Below are positions 1 through 13,600 of a DNA stretch of 64,000 nucleotides, piece by piece. The notes beneath the pieces are model-generated. The model saw nothing but the letters and a program-made list of their open reading frames with translations. It made no database searches and had not been told where the DNA came from. Within the stretch, counting starts at the first letter, position 1, and each line of letters begins with the position of its first letter. The translations under genes and the position numbers were made by a program. Origin of the DNA: Haliotis cracherodii. Its lineage: Eukaryota. The stretch lies in assembly GCF_022045235.1 (NCBI RefSeq), contig NW_027266282.1, positions 4,960,001 to 5,024,000 of the forward strand, read 5' to 3'.

Positions 1-1008
1 CATGGAGAAGGGGTAAAATTTTGACTAGCAAGACGTTCCGTCTACTTTACATTTCAGCAAGCCTTTCGTAATTTTAACTGGCCACAGGCCAGCAGTTAAA
101 TAAATCAAGGTATCCAGGTACTAAAGTACTCACGGAAAGGAAAAAAACCTGTTTTTTCGACCTCAGATCTTAAATAAATGCAGTTAATATACAAAATATG
201 TAAATATTCAAACAACTAAATTAGTACTAATTGGGCCGTGGCACAAACACAGCGTATCAAATGTTTTTATGCCTTTTTACACGTAAAAGTGTGTAAAAAT
301 GTGAGTAAAACAGACTATTGTGAAACAGGGCATAACCAGGTGTAAGTAGATCAAGGTGACCTATGACACCTCGACGACAGGTGAGAACAGGGGCATAATG
401 CCTATAGTCTGTTTCTGCTATGTCAATTTGGACTTAGTTTTATTTTTGAATGTTGAAAGTGCCGACAAATTACCTCCTGTAAAGTACATTTTGTATTGTT
501 CACTGAGATCAAACTAGCAAATCCAGACTAGAACTTTTCGAGTTGTTTTGTTATTTCGTATTTACAGCTACGTAACACTTTGTGTCGATTTTTAAATTGA
601 GAAAAACAGGTTTTTTTCATTTCCGTGAGTACTTTAGTATCTGCTCAAATGCGGTTTATTTGTTCACCAAGCAGCTGGAGTGTTTTTACTGTGTGACACC
701 ACACGTGTTGACACTTTTACACCCACCTCACATATCAGGTACCCATTCCGTGCTGTGTGAACAGAGACCCATTTGAACTAAGTCAGTTGCCCAGGGTGAC
801 ACCACACGTGTTTATACTTGTATTTCGAGTGTATGCACATATTCATATTTCCACCATCTGGCCATCTACCATCAGACGAGTGGGTTCTTTTGAGTGCACA
901 GGGTGTATGTACTTTACCCTAAACCAGTATGTCACAACAACCAGTTCTGTTTGTAAATACATTTATTTCACAAGTAGAATATCTGCACCGAAAATGTTAC
1001 TGTAGTGT

Positions 1009-4000
1009 TCACTTCCTCTTCTTCCTCTTTATTTTCGTAGTTCGGATGCCCTTATAAGGCCCAAGCCCTTTCGACTTGAGGTCTTGAACCTCAGCATATT
1101 TCCGTTTATTATATCTGGAAAAGGCAACATATCACAAACAATGACAGAAAGAGTCAAAACATCATTTTTGTAATAACGTTACGGATATTATTGCAAGTAT
1201 AATTTACAATCTCTTACACAACACACATCAAGACTCAAGACATCATGCTACATATCTTGCTTGCTACAAATCATGATGAAGGACCAACCATTAAATATCC
1301 TGGGTGTAGCGGTATGCGTGAATGTGTGTATCGGAGGATGGACTTAGTTAGAGACAAATACTTCTCTGCTGCATATCAAACTATTGTATGACTGTCTTGT
1401 CGCTCTTGGTGGGGTACACAAGTCTGAGACCTGAGCCCGTCTAAAACCGGCCCACTCTTGTGCACCCGTCAAGAGTCCTAAAGACAGACAAGTCAGTTGG
1501 TCTTACTTTCTGAACTCTGCATCCGCCATCAGCTCCTCAACAATGGACGTCTTCTGCTGCTTCTTGGGAATTCGAGCACTGTAGAACTCGCTTGCATCCT
1601 CAACCACGGTGCCAAACTGGAATTTAAGACGGCAAAATAATGAGATGGGCAGTGTTTTTTTCTGGAATTTAAGCAATAGTGTTGCCTTGTACACATCTCT
1701 CAGTAAGGCCATAATAAATCGATCGCGACATTATCATCCCTGCCCGACTCGGGACTGAACAAACACACCCACACATTTTTTTATATTTGCCCATGTGAAA
1801 TGTTTAGAGCACTGTAACAACATCAGCGGTCAAACGACCATTGCATGTTTACGACATGCCGTAAAGCTGTCAAAATGGTGCTCACTAATTTGAAAATATG
1901 AGAGGGTGTGTCTGTCCTCTGCCAGTCTAGGACTCTTCAACAAGTTTGCCTGCGGGGAACTTGACAAGTTAACGTCAATTGAGTATTAATTCATTAACGC
2001 ACGAGTACAGGGAAAATGAAAATAGGTTTGACACGGATACATCTTACTCGATGAGAGAAACATCATATTTCACCCGATACAGGAAATATCCTCATTATAT
2101 GGAGAAACAGCCAGGGCAGAACTCAACATGGTCAAGTGTTCAGCTAAACTGACAGAAAGTCAAGTGAACATGGTGAACTTATCATAATCATTGCCTGCTT
2201 GTCGGGCATTTAGCATCTTCTCCTCGCAGCAATGAAGCAGAATCTTCACCAATAATAACACCTGAATTTATTCATTTGGTTGTCATCATATTTTCAATAT
2301 GGCCACGATGACAGCCATCCCTTTTGGGGGACGACATTTTACATTTGGACATTAATTTGACCTATGCACTTTGGACAGTTATCAAGTGCATTTTTTTGCA
2401 CTGTAAGCATCTCCCAGAAACCTCTTCAGTAATGACGTCATGAACATGCATCTCCCCATCAATGATGATGACATCTGAATTTCTTCCAAAAGATTCATAT
2501 CTTATTTTCAATATGGCCACCGTGACAGCTATTCCTAAAACCTAATACAACTGATCTACCATTGTTTACTTTAAAATCTGGATCATAACAACTTCCTCAG
2601 TTAACTGACATGTCCGGAATAAAAAAAGGTTTTGAAATGACATTTTGTGCTCAGTTTCACTACAAAACAAATATCCCCAAAAAGAATCATGATCCCAAAC
2701 TTTCTTGTTCAGTATGTACCACTCAAAAGGTATTAAAGAACACCAGAGTTTTTCATAAAACTATTGTTAATCTGTCGTATAAAAAGAATTGGGGTTTTTT
2801 TTACCTTCTTTCGTGAAGTACATATTAAGCAATATATGTTAATTGTAAGAAACATCATGAAAAGCTAAGCATTATAATGAGATAACTCCTTCAAGACAGC
2901 ACCTGGAAATACTTGGGCAATCCCTTGATGTCGTCCCCTTTGTAAAACCTCTTGGGGTCAAGGGCTCGTCTCATTTTCAGTGCAATGAGATCATTCTTCT
3001 TCTCTTCTGTCAGCTCACCTATCGGCATGTTATACCAGCCCCGCCCCTTGGTCTGTTCTCGTGCTTTCTGAAAAAAAAGTTCATGTTTGTATGTTTGAGT
3101 ATTTTTGTTTAAAACACTCACCAGTTTGACAATTGTATGACAATTAAGACTGGGACGAAAAACTCGGTTCAGGGGGTGGGTCACACCCACATAACTATTC
3201 GGACCCGTGGTTAGTCATGTGATACGTTGTTTATTGACGACAACAAAAATCACTATTGCTCAGTGGTTACACTACAAGTCGCTAATGTTCGCATTTCTTT
3301 CTGACGATGCACACATTTCTTTTGACTTGTATATGTTTGAGTAAAGATAAAGCTTCCGCCATCTTCAGTATATGCATGATCTGATCGTTTGATGTGTTTG
3401 AATAGTTTTTTCCACAACTGTGCTAAAACAATTCCCAATTGGATATTTTTTTACTCAACTCTTGTGACCTACAGTGGGTACCCGGGTTGTAAATGTGGAC
3501 TCATCCCAGACCTAATGACAATCATAAATCAAATGATTGATATAATGAGCAGCAATCCATAGCGAGCCTGACCACCCGATCCGTTAGTCGCCTATTACGA
3601 CATGCATAGTCGCCTATTACGGCAAACATGGGTTGCTGAAGACCTATTCTACCCTGGATCTTCACGGGTCCTTTTGGTGCCTAGTATAGTTGATATACTT
3701 ATAGTTTTGAAATTCCCTTATGTTCCAACCTTCCGTTCTTTCTGCTTTCTTCGAAATCCTTCCTCATTAGTAGGAATGGCATCTTTCTTTTCAAAGTCTG
3801 GGGTGATCACGCTCTTAGCCATTATCTGAAACCAATAAATGCCTCACCATCATGATCTTGATCATTATTATTGTTGAACACAATCAGATTACATTTTCTC
3901 CAGCAAATTTAACAGAACCAAATAAAAAAATAATACTGATCTGTGTTTAGCATGTTTAGTTTTGTGTTCCCAAGCGAATTTGTATTCAAAATAATTAAAT

Positions 4001-6248
4001 GTAAGCCAAATATTTTCTAAGAAAGTGTGGCCTAGTTCTGCACTGCATCAACAGTATTCGAAACAAAGTATGATACTGAAGAAGAGGCCTCTGTTCACTG
4101 GCAGAGGTGAGGTGAAATGGGGTTTAACATTGTGTCCAAGATTAATGCACTTATATAGCAATATGCATGCATGTGTGTGGCTGCTTGTACTAGTCCGGAC
4201 TGATGCCGATTTTATACTAGTGCTAACCCAATGAATTACACAGTATAATATGAACACCCCACACAGTCAAACTAAACTATCTCCCAGCTGACCTGTAATG
4301 TTTTAGCCCCTTAATATCCAGACAGGATAACAACAAATATCATCTTTCGACGTCTTTTGGTATAATGCGGCTGGGGATCGAAACCACGACATTCCGCACT
4401 CTGGGTGGATGCTAGACCACGGAGGCAGTCCTTTTCAGTGGCAGAATATGATCTGCATGTTCATAATGATACCAACCTCTTGATGTTCTTTGCTAAGACG
4501 TTCAATGTGAGTCTTGTATTTCGGCTGAGGAGCATGAATAGAGTGAAAATTTATATATATATCCGAAGGGTCTGATTTAACTTGCAAAGAAGATGACAGT
4601 TCCATGCTGCAATAGAAAGAAAAAATGTGGGTGTAAGTGGTATAGAAAAGAATGTATTATTTGTACAGTGATAATACTACAATGAGTAAAATGTGGTGTG
4701 AAGATAGCATTTAGGCATATTATCATTCAACTGTATCATCGTTACTTTTGTTAACTGTAAGAATCATCAGCTTGGTGGGTTAAAAGGTGACTTAGTGAAT
4801 GATGGTTTAATCTGTAGTCAACAATAACCAGCCTTATTATGACAAGTCTTTGAATGGCATTTAGAAGTGATACACATAAGGAAGAGAATTTAGGCATGTC
4901 AACTTCTATATTATGAGGAACACAACATTTCGGAGTACTTACTTACTCCTTCATTCACTTGATGAAGGAGTATGCATATACTCTTAACGTTGTGTTCCTC
5001 ATAATAAACATGATAAAGAAGTTGACATCCATAAATTCTCTTCCTTATTATGACAGTATGCAACATATTTCCATGCCCACCAGCCCCCCTCCCAATAAAA
5101 ACCAGACCCTAAATAGCGTTTAACACTATCATTTCTCTTATTTGAAAAAATTAGTACTGTGTCATTTTTACATGCTGCCCCACCTCTTTCAGAGCTCCAG
5201 ATAAGCTTTTGGAGTTGTGGGTATTTTACCCATGCATTTTAAAATCATTGGTTATCAGTAATTCTGTCTGGGTATTCAAATTTCTGTTACCCACTAGTTT
5301 TTACACGTGGGTATTTAGGTTAAATATTTAAAAACGACATTCATCTAGTCCCTGCAAACTGGTGTCGTGTGGGTTCGAGAGCATTATAGGACTCAAAAAT
5401 ACCACGATACTTCCACAAGAAAGTGGGATGGCAAATGATTATGATGTAACTGTCATCGTGGAGTTTGGCAAGGTTGACAGAATGTCCGTTTATAATTTCA
5501 AAATAAGTTGCTGATTTGCTAATCGAATACGCAGGGTTACTTCACAATATTTTGATGTTGCGCACAAGTTTTACTTTTGTAGCGAATCTGTAATGTTCGT
5601 TGCGTATTTGATACGCTTGGATTTTATTTTACTGCATATTTCTGCATTTTTTATGCGTATTTTATGCAGATACGCAGCTTATCTGGAGCTATGTCTTTTA
5701 TAAATATCTCCTTAAACAATATCATTATCATGATAAGTTGATAATGGATAATATTTCTAGCTATCTGACCTGTGGCTTTTGTCGGATTTTCCTCTGTCAT
5801 TTTTATTTCTATGTTCTCCACGATTCCGTTTCTCTTTGGTGAGCCGTTTTCCACCTTCATCGCAATCGTCTATGAATGTTGTCGCCTTAGACGTACTGGC
5901 ACCCTCAGCTGAAGGTGTCTTATCTATAACGAACAAGGACGACCCGTCATCGCTCTCTCCACCTGATTCACTATCACTTCGATTATGTGATTCAGTATTC
6001 AAAACAATGCATTCCTCTTCTTTTGATGTACTCGCGTTTTTCCGTGCTGGGGTCTTGTCAATAACGAAAGGCAATTGGTCTTCCGAATCGGATTCTGGGT
6101 CAGAATTACTTACAACAGTTGGATCCAAGTCTGCTTTAATTGTTATTTTGTCTCGAGTCAGTGACACGCTCGTCTTTTTCCAAGCCGATTCAAATATTTC
6201 GTCCAATTCGCTATCTGATGTAAGTTCATCAGACGAGGAGGCATCCAT
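1009..6248 (-). CDS. DNTTIP2: Deoxynucleotidyltransferase terminal-interacting protein 2 / Fcf2 pre-rRNA processing protein, 6 coding exons, about 361 aa
   Basis: Manually spliced GT-AG exons with consistent phases: 6248-5770, 4606-4477, 3825-3730, 3067-2903, 1616-1507, 1114-1009 (1086 nt, ATG to TGA). Acidic N-terminus with FVIDKTP motifs; LSSS..IYINF; VITPDFEK; Fcf2 domain GRGWYNMP..KNDLIALKMRRALDPKRFYK..PKYFQFGTVVEDASEFYSARIPKK..SIVEELMADAEFRKYNKRKY; basic tail KRKKRK. Confidence 0.93.
3145..3514. mobile_element. hAT-like MITE in a DNTTIP2 intron
   Basis: Imperfect TIRs TAAGACTGGGA / TCCCAGACCTA and a perfect 8-bp TSD ATGACAAT (3137-3144, 3515-3522). A related copy lies at about 25951-26587. 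Confidence 0.8.
3530..3670 (-). mobile_element. SINE family B fragment
   Basis: gcgagcctgaccacccgatccgttagtcgcc...gggttgctgaagacctattct...cttcacgggtc matches the TSD-flanked copy at 27951-28215. Confidence 0.8.
4104..4430 (-). mobile_element. tRNA-derived SINE family A, degenerate copy
   Basis: Reverse complement of 18931-19295 including the (CACCT)n tail; degenerate flanking direct repeat ctgttcactggcag / cttttcagtggcag. Confidence 0.8.
4843..5048. mobile_element. Penelope-like element terminal (pLTR) fragments in inverted arrangement
   Basis: Two inverted copies of aaggagta..tactcc-gaaa-cgttgtgttcctcataat...aaattctcttccttat. The same sequence follows the GIY-YIG fragment at 34505-34600. 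Confidence 0.7.
5190..5693. mobile_element. MITE with 18-bp TIRs
   Basis: CAGAGCTCCAGATAAGCT ... AGCTTATCTGGAGCTATG (1 mismatch); flanked by TCTTT on both sides. Confidence 0.7.
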
Positions 6249-6316
6249 GGTACGCTATCAGCACATCGAAATCAACACATACACAAAACACACGTGTTGA
6301 CAGCCGAGCCGAAGAG

Positions 6317-6341
6317 CACTTCCGCCTCCTTTCCGGAAGTG
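6317..6341. promoter_or_regulatory. Probable DNTTIP2 core promoter with ETS/GABP-type motifs
   Basis: CACTTCCG and CCGGAAGTG lie 70-95 nt upstream of the ATG, as is typical of housekeeping TATA-less promoters. Confidence 0.45.
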
Positions 6342-7664
6342 CATTGTCCCCTGATATAGTGCGTCATATATTCATGGTTACGTATACAGATATCAATTAT
6401 ATGTCTGCAACACATAGGTATGCATGGGTGCTATATATCTGAAAGCAATCTAAACCAGCAGATTAATATCACTAATCAAATCCTTTTACATCTGTTGACA
6501 TTTCCATCCGCGTAGAAATGTATTAGGTTAGTTTCTTTGCAGGGTCAAACTGTGATTGAGGGAGCAAAGGAGTTCAGCCCTTTCAAGCTCATTCGTCACC
6601 ATTCGCATCTTTTCGTTACCTTGGAGATTCGGCTTGTTCTGGAAGTTTGCCACGATTGGCATTCGACCCACAGGGCCTTGTAACGCAAAACAATAGCAAC
6701 AAGAAATATGGTCACTATACCGTAACATTGTTACATTACAATATAAAAAGATTATACTTTATTATATACCGTCGGATCATGGGTTTTCGGGTGTCATTCG
6801 TTTTCGGACGGCCATGGTTATCGCGATTACTCGCGAAATAACGGGGTATGTAGCACCCCACAGGCATTGTAAATACTCGGGTGATTGATTGTTGGGTTTT
6901 TTAGGGAGAAGGTTGTCTTTAATAAGTGAATGAGATGTTTTAAAGGGTTTTTTTATGTGATGAGAGAGAAAACTACGAATGTTTCTTAAGCTTTCGAAAA
7001 CACATAACATGGGGATACTTCAGTGTGAAAGACGTCAGTGCGAGTTTTCCGAAGTTGTGAAAAGTGATAATTTCATTGCAGTGAACATAACACTTGGACG
7101 GAACTTTTGTCACACAAGAGATACCTCCCCGCAAATTGTCTCCCTTTATCGCAAATGTCTACCCCGAAGATGACTGTTGTCTTCCTTTTTACGGTAGTAG
7201 GGAGAATTTACGCTTCAAGGTTTACATTTGTAATGAAATAATTCAATTTTCAGGAAGACAATTACACAAAAAGTGTATAATAAATAGCCTGTTCCATTTG
7301 TCTCTTGAAATATCATGTTTCTCTCATCGAGTGACTGGGGAAAGGAGATGATATTTCCCACGACACATGAAATATCGTCCATATATCTTGTTGCTGATAT
7401 AAATTTACGTTACAAGCCCCTGAGCTTCGACCTTCCATCTTTACAAGACGGTTCAAATCTATGTTTCTGTTTAATGAAATAGCTAATAAAGCTGATACCG
7501 ATGCAACCCTGTTATTTTTTAAATTCATAGCCCAGACTGAATGATAAAGTTTCGCCAATAAGACAAAACGTCTTTTGGTTTGGCCTAAAATGGCGAGATG
7601 ACCGGACGCGGCCAATGTTTCGGGCAAAAGCTCGGGTAAGGAAAAAGCCGGACCGGCGGGTAAT

Positions 7665-10600
7665 TAGTCCAGTAGAAATTGCATTGGACCCGGACATTTC
7701 TGATAACAGGCCAAATTTGTGTTTACACTCACCAGAAGGATGTTATTGGTCACCATAAAAAACCCACAGAAAATCAAGGTTGGGGAAATATGTTTTATTT
7801 GGATGGTTCTGGGGGTGGGGTCTGTTGTTTTTTTCACACAAGTATCAGCAGGAATGCATTTGTCATGGTTACATAGACCAATATTGTTTGTGGTCTTCAT
7901 TCTAGTCTGTCTTGTCATTTCTTAGGAATCCTACTTGGATCAGATACAAAATATTTGAATTTATTTATCGTATAGTCAATGTCGGCCACCTTGAATTCAA
8001 GATGGCCGCCATCTTGAATTCAAGATGGTCGCCTTCAATTGACTCTACTACATATAATGCTGCTACTACATATAATGCTGCTTATGCATTTCATTAACTT
8101 ACTCTTAACATTGCACAAGTTCAATAAATAATAGTTCTTAATACTTAACATTATCATCAGTTTCTTGTAATCTTTGAGAGAGTTTTTGTTTTATACTTTA
8201 TTTGGATTCAGTTGCCTGAATTATGCTACTGGCAGTCTCATGTAACTCAAAAATAATTTTTGGACTTGATGTGGAAAATACCCACAAAAGGCATTGCTCA
8301 TTTAACCCCAAATAGATTGTTATAACATCAAATATGTTTTTTAATAAAAGGTGATGATAACAAATAAAATAACTGACATTTTCTCAAAAATTAGAGTCGG
8401 CGGGTCTGTAATCATAAAAATATAAAACGCCTGGCCTTACATTAGTGCAGTTCAAAGTACAACTCTTGGGGATCTAATTAATAATATGCATATCCTGTTA
8501 ATGTCCCCAAATCATTCCACATACATAACTAACCACTTTTTCATAGCACTCAGTACTTCTTCAGCCGTCAATACACACATATTGCTATAAGTCACCAACA
8601 ATTGAAGAGAATCAGAGACGAAGAAATATATTGCAATGTTAAATTTAGGAAGTAGCAAAGCGTTCCTTAGTCCACATTAATCTTCATCAATAACCTCATC
8701 AGAAAACACACGTTTGTCTGTGATTGTAGCAATGATGGTCCCATCCACAGTTTGGAATCCATATTCATGCATGTCCAACACAGTTTAAGATGAATCCATG
8801 TGGAAACCTGGTGATGAACACGAAGCGAATGGAAGTAACATGCTCTGCTTGTCGGTGGCATTCTCTCTACAGGTACAAACTTAGTGGAGACAGCAAATAA
8901 ATACCTCAGTTCATCAAGGCAGCGTCCTTCATCAACTGTGTTGTACAGAGCACTGACAAATCTTTCACCTGCTGAACATGCTGAAGTGACCATGTCTTTC
9001 GAAGCTGACACGTCTCCAAAAACCGATGCTGAATCATGAAGTGTGTCTGTTGACTGCAGCAGCTTGAAGTGCTTCACTTTTCCTAGGCTGAACAAGGCAG
9101 AAGTGGTATCGCAACCCGACATGGCATGCACAAAAGGCAGAAATTTACACATGTCTACCCCAAGACCTTGTTTACACTGATTGATAGAAATGAGTTGTAC
9201 CTTTGACTTCATGAAGAGATTGGTTCCAGGTTTGCTGTGATGGATCAGTAACACCAAGATATCTGTGTCATCTGCATAAACAACCACTTCATCTGTGCAC
9301 TCTGCCATCTTGATAGCTTGACTTACAACCACAACATCAGCATCGCCCTCTTCGGCTGCATGTTCAAAATGAATTCCTTCTGCTGCTAGATGTTTTGCAA
9401 GTAGGTAGATTAAAGCCTGCTTGTTCTGCTTGTTTGACATAAATCTTGCTTTATCCTGAGGGACTGGTGTTGAGTTCTTCACTATTATGTCTGGTGCAGA
9501 TACTTTCATAATCTTTCTTCTCTTCTGTTCAAGCTCCTTGGTGGTCGTGGCTTCATATGTGTCAAACACTACATAACATGGCTGATGTTGTGTTGTCCGA
9601 TGGATTTCACTTTCAACATAGATCTTGCAGATGTCTTCAATCGTACCGATCTTTGGCCAGGGTATCTGCTGAAGAAGTGCGCATCCATCAATGACTATGC
9701 CTGGCGTTGTGGTGTGTGCTTCTTCTTTGTGGTAATGTGTAAGCAGATATTTGGCCAGGACAGACTTTTGGCATTTTCTCATAGATCCGTCATCATGGAA
9801 GAGAGCTGGTGACACTGCTGCAAGTTCAAACGAGAACACATCATGAGATGGGGGACCACTCACTAGAGTCATTGCTAATAATCTTTGATAAAGCTCCATT
9901 GATGACATTCTCAGCTGTGCTCCATCTGATAGGTGGATAGACTTCTTCATGGTGGCAAACGTGACAACTTGCGATGATTTCTTCAAAACAACATCTCCAA
10001 ACTTCATTCCTGTCATATTTAACTGAATCCTTGTTCCAATCTCAAATGCTTCATCAACATTCACTTTGTCAACTGCAACAACTTCACTGGCAATATTTCT
10101 CAGTTGATGTTCTGGAGCTGCCATGAAAGGGTTGTGACTCCTAAGAAATGAAAGGAACGTCTGCAAATCAGCATAATCTTGTTTTATCCGGCCTGGATTC
10201 ATATCTCTGTGGTGATCAACAATCTCTGAGGAGGTGTTGGTCATCAGTCGTAGAGCATCTGTGTACTGAGCCACAATATGGGCAGAGAGCAGCCATTTTG
10301 TTCTTGCTGAATCCTTGTGAGTGATGTTGATCAAACCTCCTTGAGTTTTTCCTGCTCTCATAAGACATTGCTCTATGATCATGTCATTCCAAGTGCCACT
10401 CCAAAATTGCTTTGAGTTCCTTCGGATTGTAAACAGACCCGCTTCCATTGGTACTTTCAGACAAGAGCATAGACAAAGACAATCCTGAAGATACAATCTG
10501 CAAAACTTGGCATAGTTGTTGTGACCAGATGCTGCAAACAGGGGCAACATGCTTTCAGTTGCCTTCAGATGTAACTGCCAGTTACCTGTGCGCTCTGCCC

Positions 10601-13600
10601 TAACAAACATCCTTACAATGGAAACAAAGTCCATGAACATCAGCCACAGCTTACTTGTCCTTGATAGTGATCTTTTCTGTTCTTTCAGTTCAACCAGTTG
10701 CACATGGAGCTGATTCAGTGTTTCATCTGTCAAAGGTGTCATGATCTCCCTTAAACATTTCTTGCTGAAGCCTATTCAGTTGATCTGCTGTGTCCTTGGA
10801 AATGAGGACTCTTCTTCAGGCACGGACACTTCATCATCGTCATCCAAGTCATTAGCACTTGCAAGTTTGTCAGATTCCAGTAGTGTTACATGGAGTGCTG
10901 CATCAGTCAAAAGGCATGCCCTCAGGGTCTTTGAATAGGACTTGCCATCAAACATCTTTGGGAGACTCTTCCTTGCATACACAGTTGCCCAAAGTTCATC
11001 CAGGCAACTGTCTTCCATACATTTGCAACCAGCACCCAGGTAGGACATAAGTTGATGAAATCCTCCAAGCCTCAACTGAACGTGAGAAAACTCATTGGGG
11101 TTGTCGGTCTTGATTTTGTACCCTTTGGCATAAAGGGGCTGATCAAATGTCAGTTGAGCACAACATTGTCCAAGCTTTATTCTCTGAGAATCAACAAACC
11201 TCATGGTGCTGTACACTGCCTCATTTGTTTGAGGATTCAACGGTATCATTGGGTTGTAGGTGACTGATGTGCAGATGCACTGACCACTTGCAATCTCCGA
11301 CATAAAGCCTTGCCAGTTAGGTGATGAACGGCTGTAAAGGCTTGACAAGAGCCACATTGAATCCAGTTGAAGGAATTTACTGACTGACTGACTGAAATGA
11401 CTGAAAAGGTAATTCCAAAAAATTCACATCAAACATACGATTCTTTGCCGGTTGCTTGTATGGATACACCATATTTCCAAAGTTTCCAGCCAAAAGTAAA
11501 TCAGATGAAGACACCTTTCTTCTTTGTATCTGTACTGGACTTTGATGAGCTGGAGTTTGACATGTAACAATTCCCATAACATGTGTTGCTTGATGCCCAT
11601 TCAATGTGTCTTCATTATAGTCGAAATTGTCAGCAACCCACTGACAAAATCCTGATGAGACGTCTCCTTGTGAGGCTTGAGGCATATCATCACTTTGTTG
11701 AGAAAGTACTGCAGCTTTTTCAAAATCTAAGACCTGGTCATAGGAGACACTCATTCCAAGGGTAGACAGAAGATTCGAGGCAACACGGGATCGTGTTGTT
11801 TGATGAATGAATAGTCCAGTAGACAAGAGCAGTGGAGATACAAATGACTGGTGAGAAGCTTGCATGAGTATGTGACATACAGAAACTATAAAGATCCTTT
11901 GTCTGAGGCAGGCAGATGGACTTCGTGTTTTATCAAAAATATTCTGCATCAACATGAGAAGTAGTGGTGGAACTTGTTTTTCAAGAAGCTCAATATCAAT
12001 TTCACCTGGTTGTGGATACACATCTGTGTTTGGTGCCATGTCCTTTAAGTGATTTTTGACTGTCTGTCCAATGGATTTTGCTGCTTTGAGGTCTTCATTG
12101 GCTGTATTATCAACTTGTGATTCATGATATGATTCATGATATGATTCATGAAGTATAGAGCATGCCTCATCTGTTAAAGTCACAACATTTGGTCTTCCAT
12201 CTACTTCTGCGATGGTGATCCTTGATTTGAAATACTGAAGGAGGTGGCGTTTAAAATGCTTCAGGCTATAGGGTGGAATCCCAGAAGGCAGAACACCAGC
12301 ATACTGATGCAACAGCTCTTGTACAGTGTACAACTTTCCATTCTGCATTCTCTCAGGCAGTAGGTCACACCAGGTAGTGAAAGCAGTGTTCTGAATATTT
12401 CTGGCTGAAGCCTCAGAGTTTTCACTGGTTCCCCTGTCATGACCAGCAACAATAATGCGAGCTTTAACATCTGCTGCGTTGTCATCAGATCTACTCTCAC
12501 AGAGGCCAAGGAGGGTTTCCTGCAGAATACTTCTTTTCCCACTGCTGATCGGATGTTTTTGTAGATCTTCAAAATCAATCTCATTTGCACATATGAGACA
12601 GTGAGTCCTATAGTTAAAAGAATTATCTCCCGATCTTAAAACACATGGCTGGATATTTTCATGGTTTTCTGTTTTCTGAGCTTTCAGTATATTTGATGAT
12701 GCTGTGTAGGACTTTCTGCATTTTTCATGAACAAAGTTAATTTCATTTGATTTTAGAGTTGATTGCAGTGAATCTTTGCGATGAACTGAAACTTTGAGTA
12801 AAGTGTTGACACCCTTGTCTCTTAGTTTGACTTCTCCAGAACCATTGTGACAAATAACACAAGTCATAATGGGGATCCAAACATATCTGTAAGAAAAGGA
12901 GGGATAAATGAAATTTGTAATTTAAAATAAGCATATATTGACATGGCAAGATTTTTAGTTTTATAAAAGTGAATATTAAGAGAAAACAATGTATTTTTAA
13001 TAACAGTTAAATTGACATAATCATGTTTAGTTTAAAGTGTAAATATTGGATTAGAAATTTTAATGCTGGTTATTATGTCTTGTATTAATCAAGTGTGTAA
13101 GATAGATAGAAACATCTACATCAATTCATCCGGCTAATTGACACTACCATTCTTATTTTCAAATCTGTTGCACTGCCTTGACAAATAGAACATGTAATAT
13201 TTTTCTAATATATCTATATAAAAATTGAATTAAATAAAACAAAAATAAAACAAAAAATATTTCATATTAAGCATATTTTGACATGGCAAAATAAAAGCCA
13301 ATTTTCTGAGAAATGTATATATTAGTTATCCATGAATTGAAGACAAATTTGTTTTATTCACTTTAATTCAATTACAGTCACATTGACATTATCATGTTTA
13401 ATTTAAAATTTTGATATAAGATTAAATTAAAGATAGAGCAAGCTTACACATAAGCTATCTCAAAGTATCCACATTGATATACCTGGTTCATGGAAAATTC
13501 AGAATTCTTACACTTCAAAGATATATATTAGCCCCTAAAGTAGAGAAATATCCCCTTATAATTATTACATTCATTAATTAGAAAGTTCCATTAGAATTAA

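Noticed and set aside
5779-6300. 173-aa plus-strand ORF, and similar ORFs such as 37643-38407 and 9585-9812
   Set aside because: Antisense shadows of real coding sequence.
6528-6728. Possible terminal exon upstream of DNTTIP2
   Set aside because: Weak acceptor, no recognisable domain and no partner exons found.
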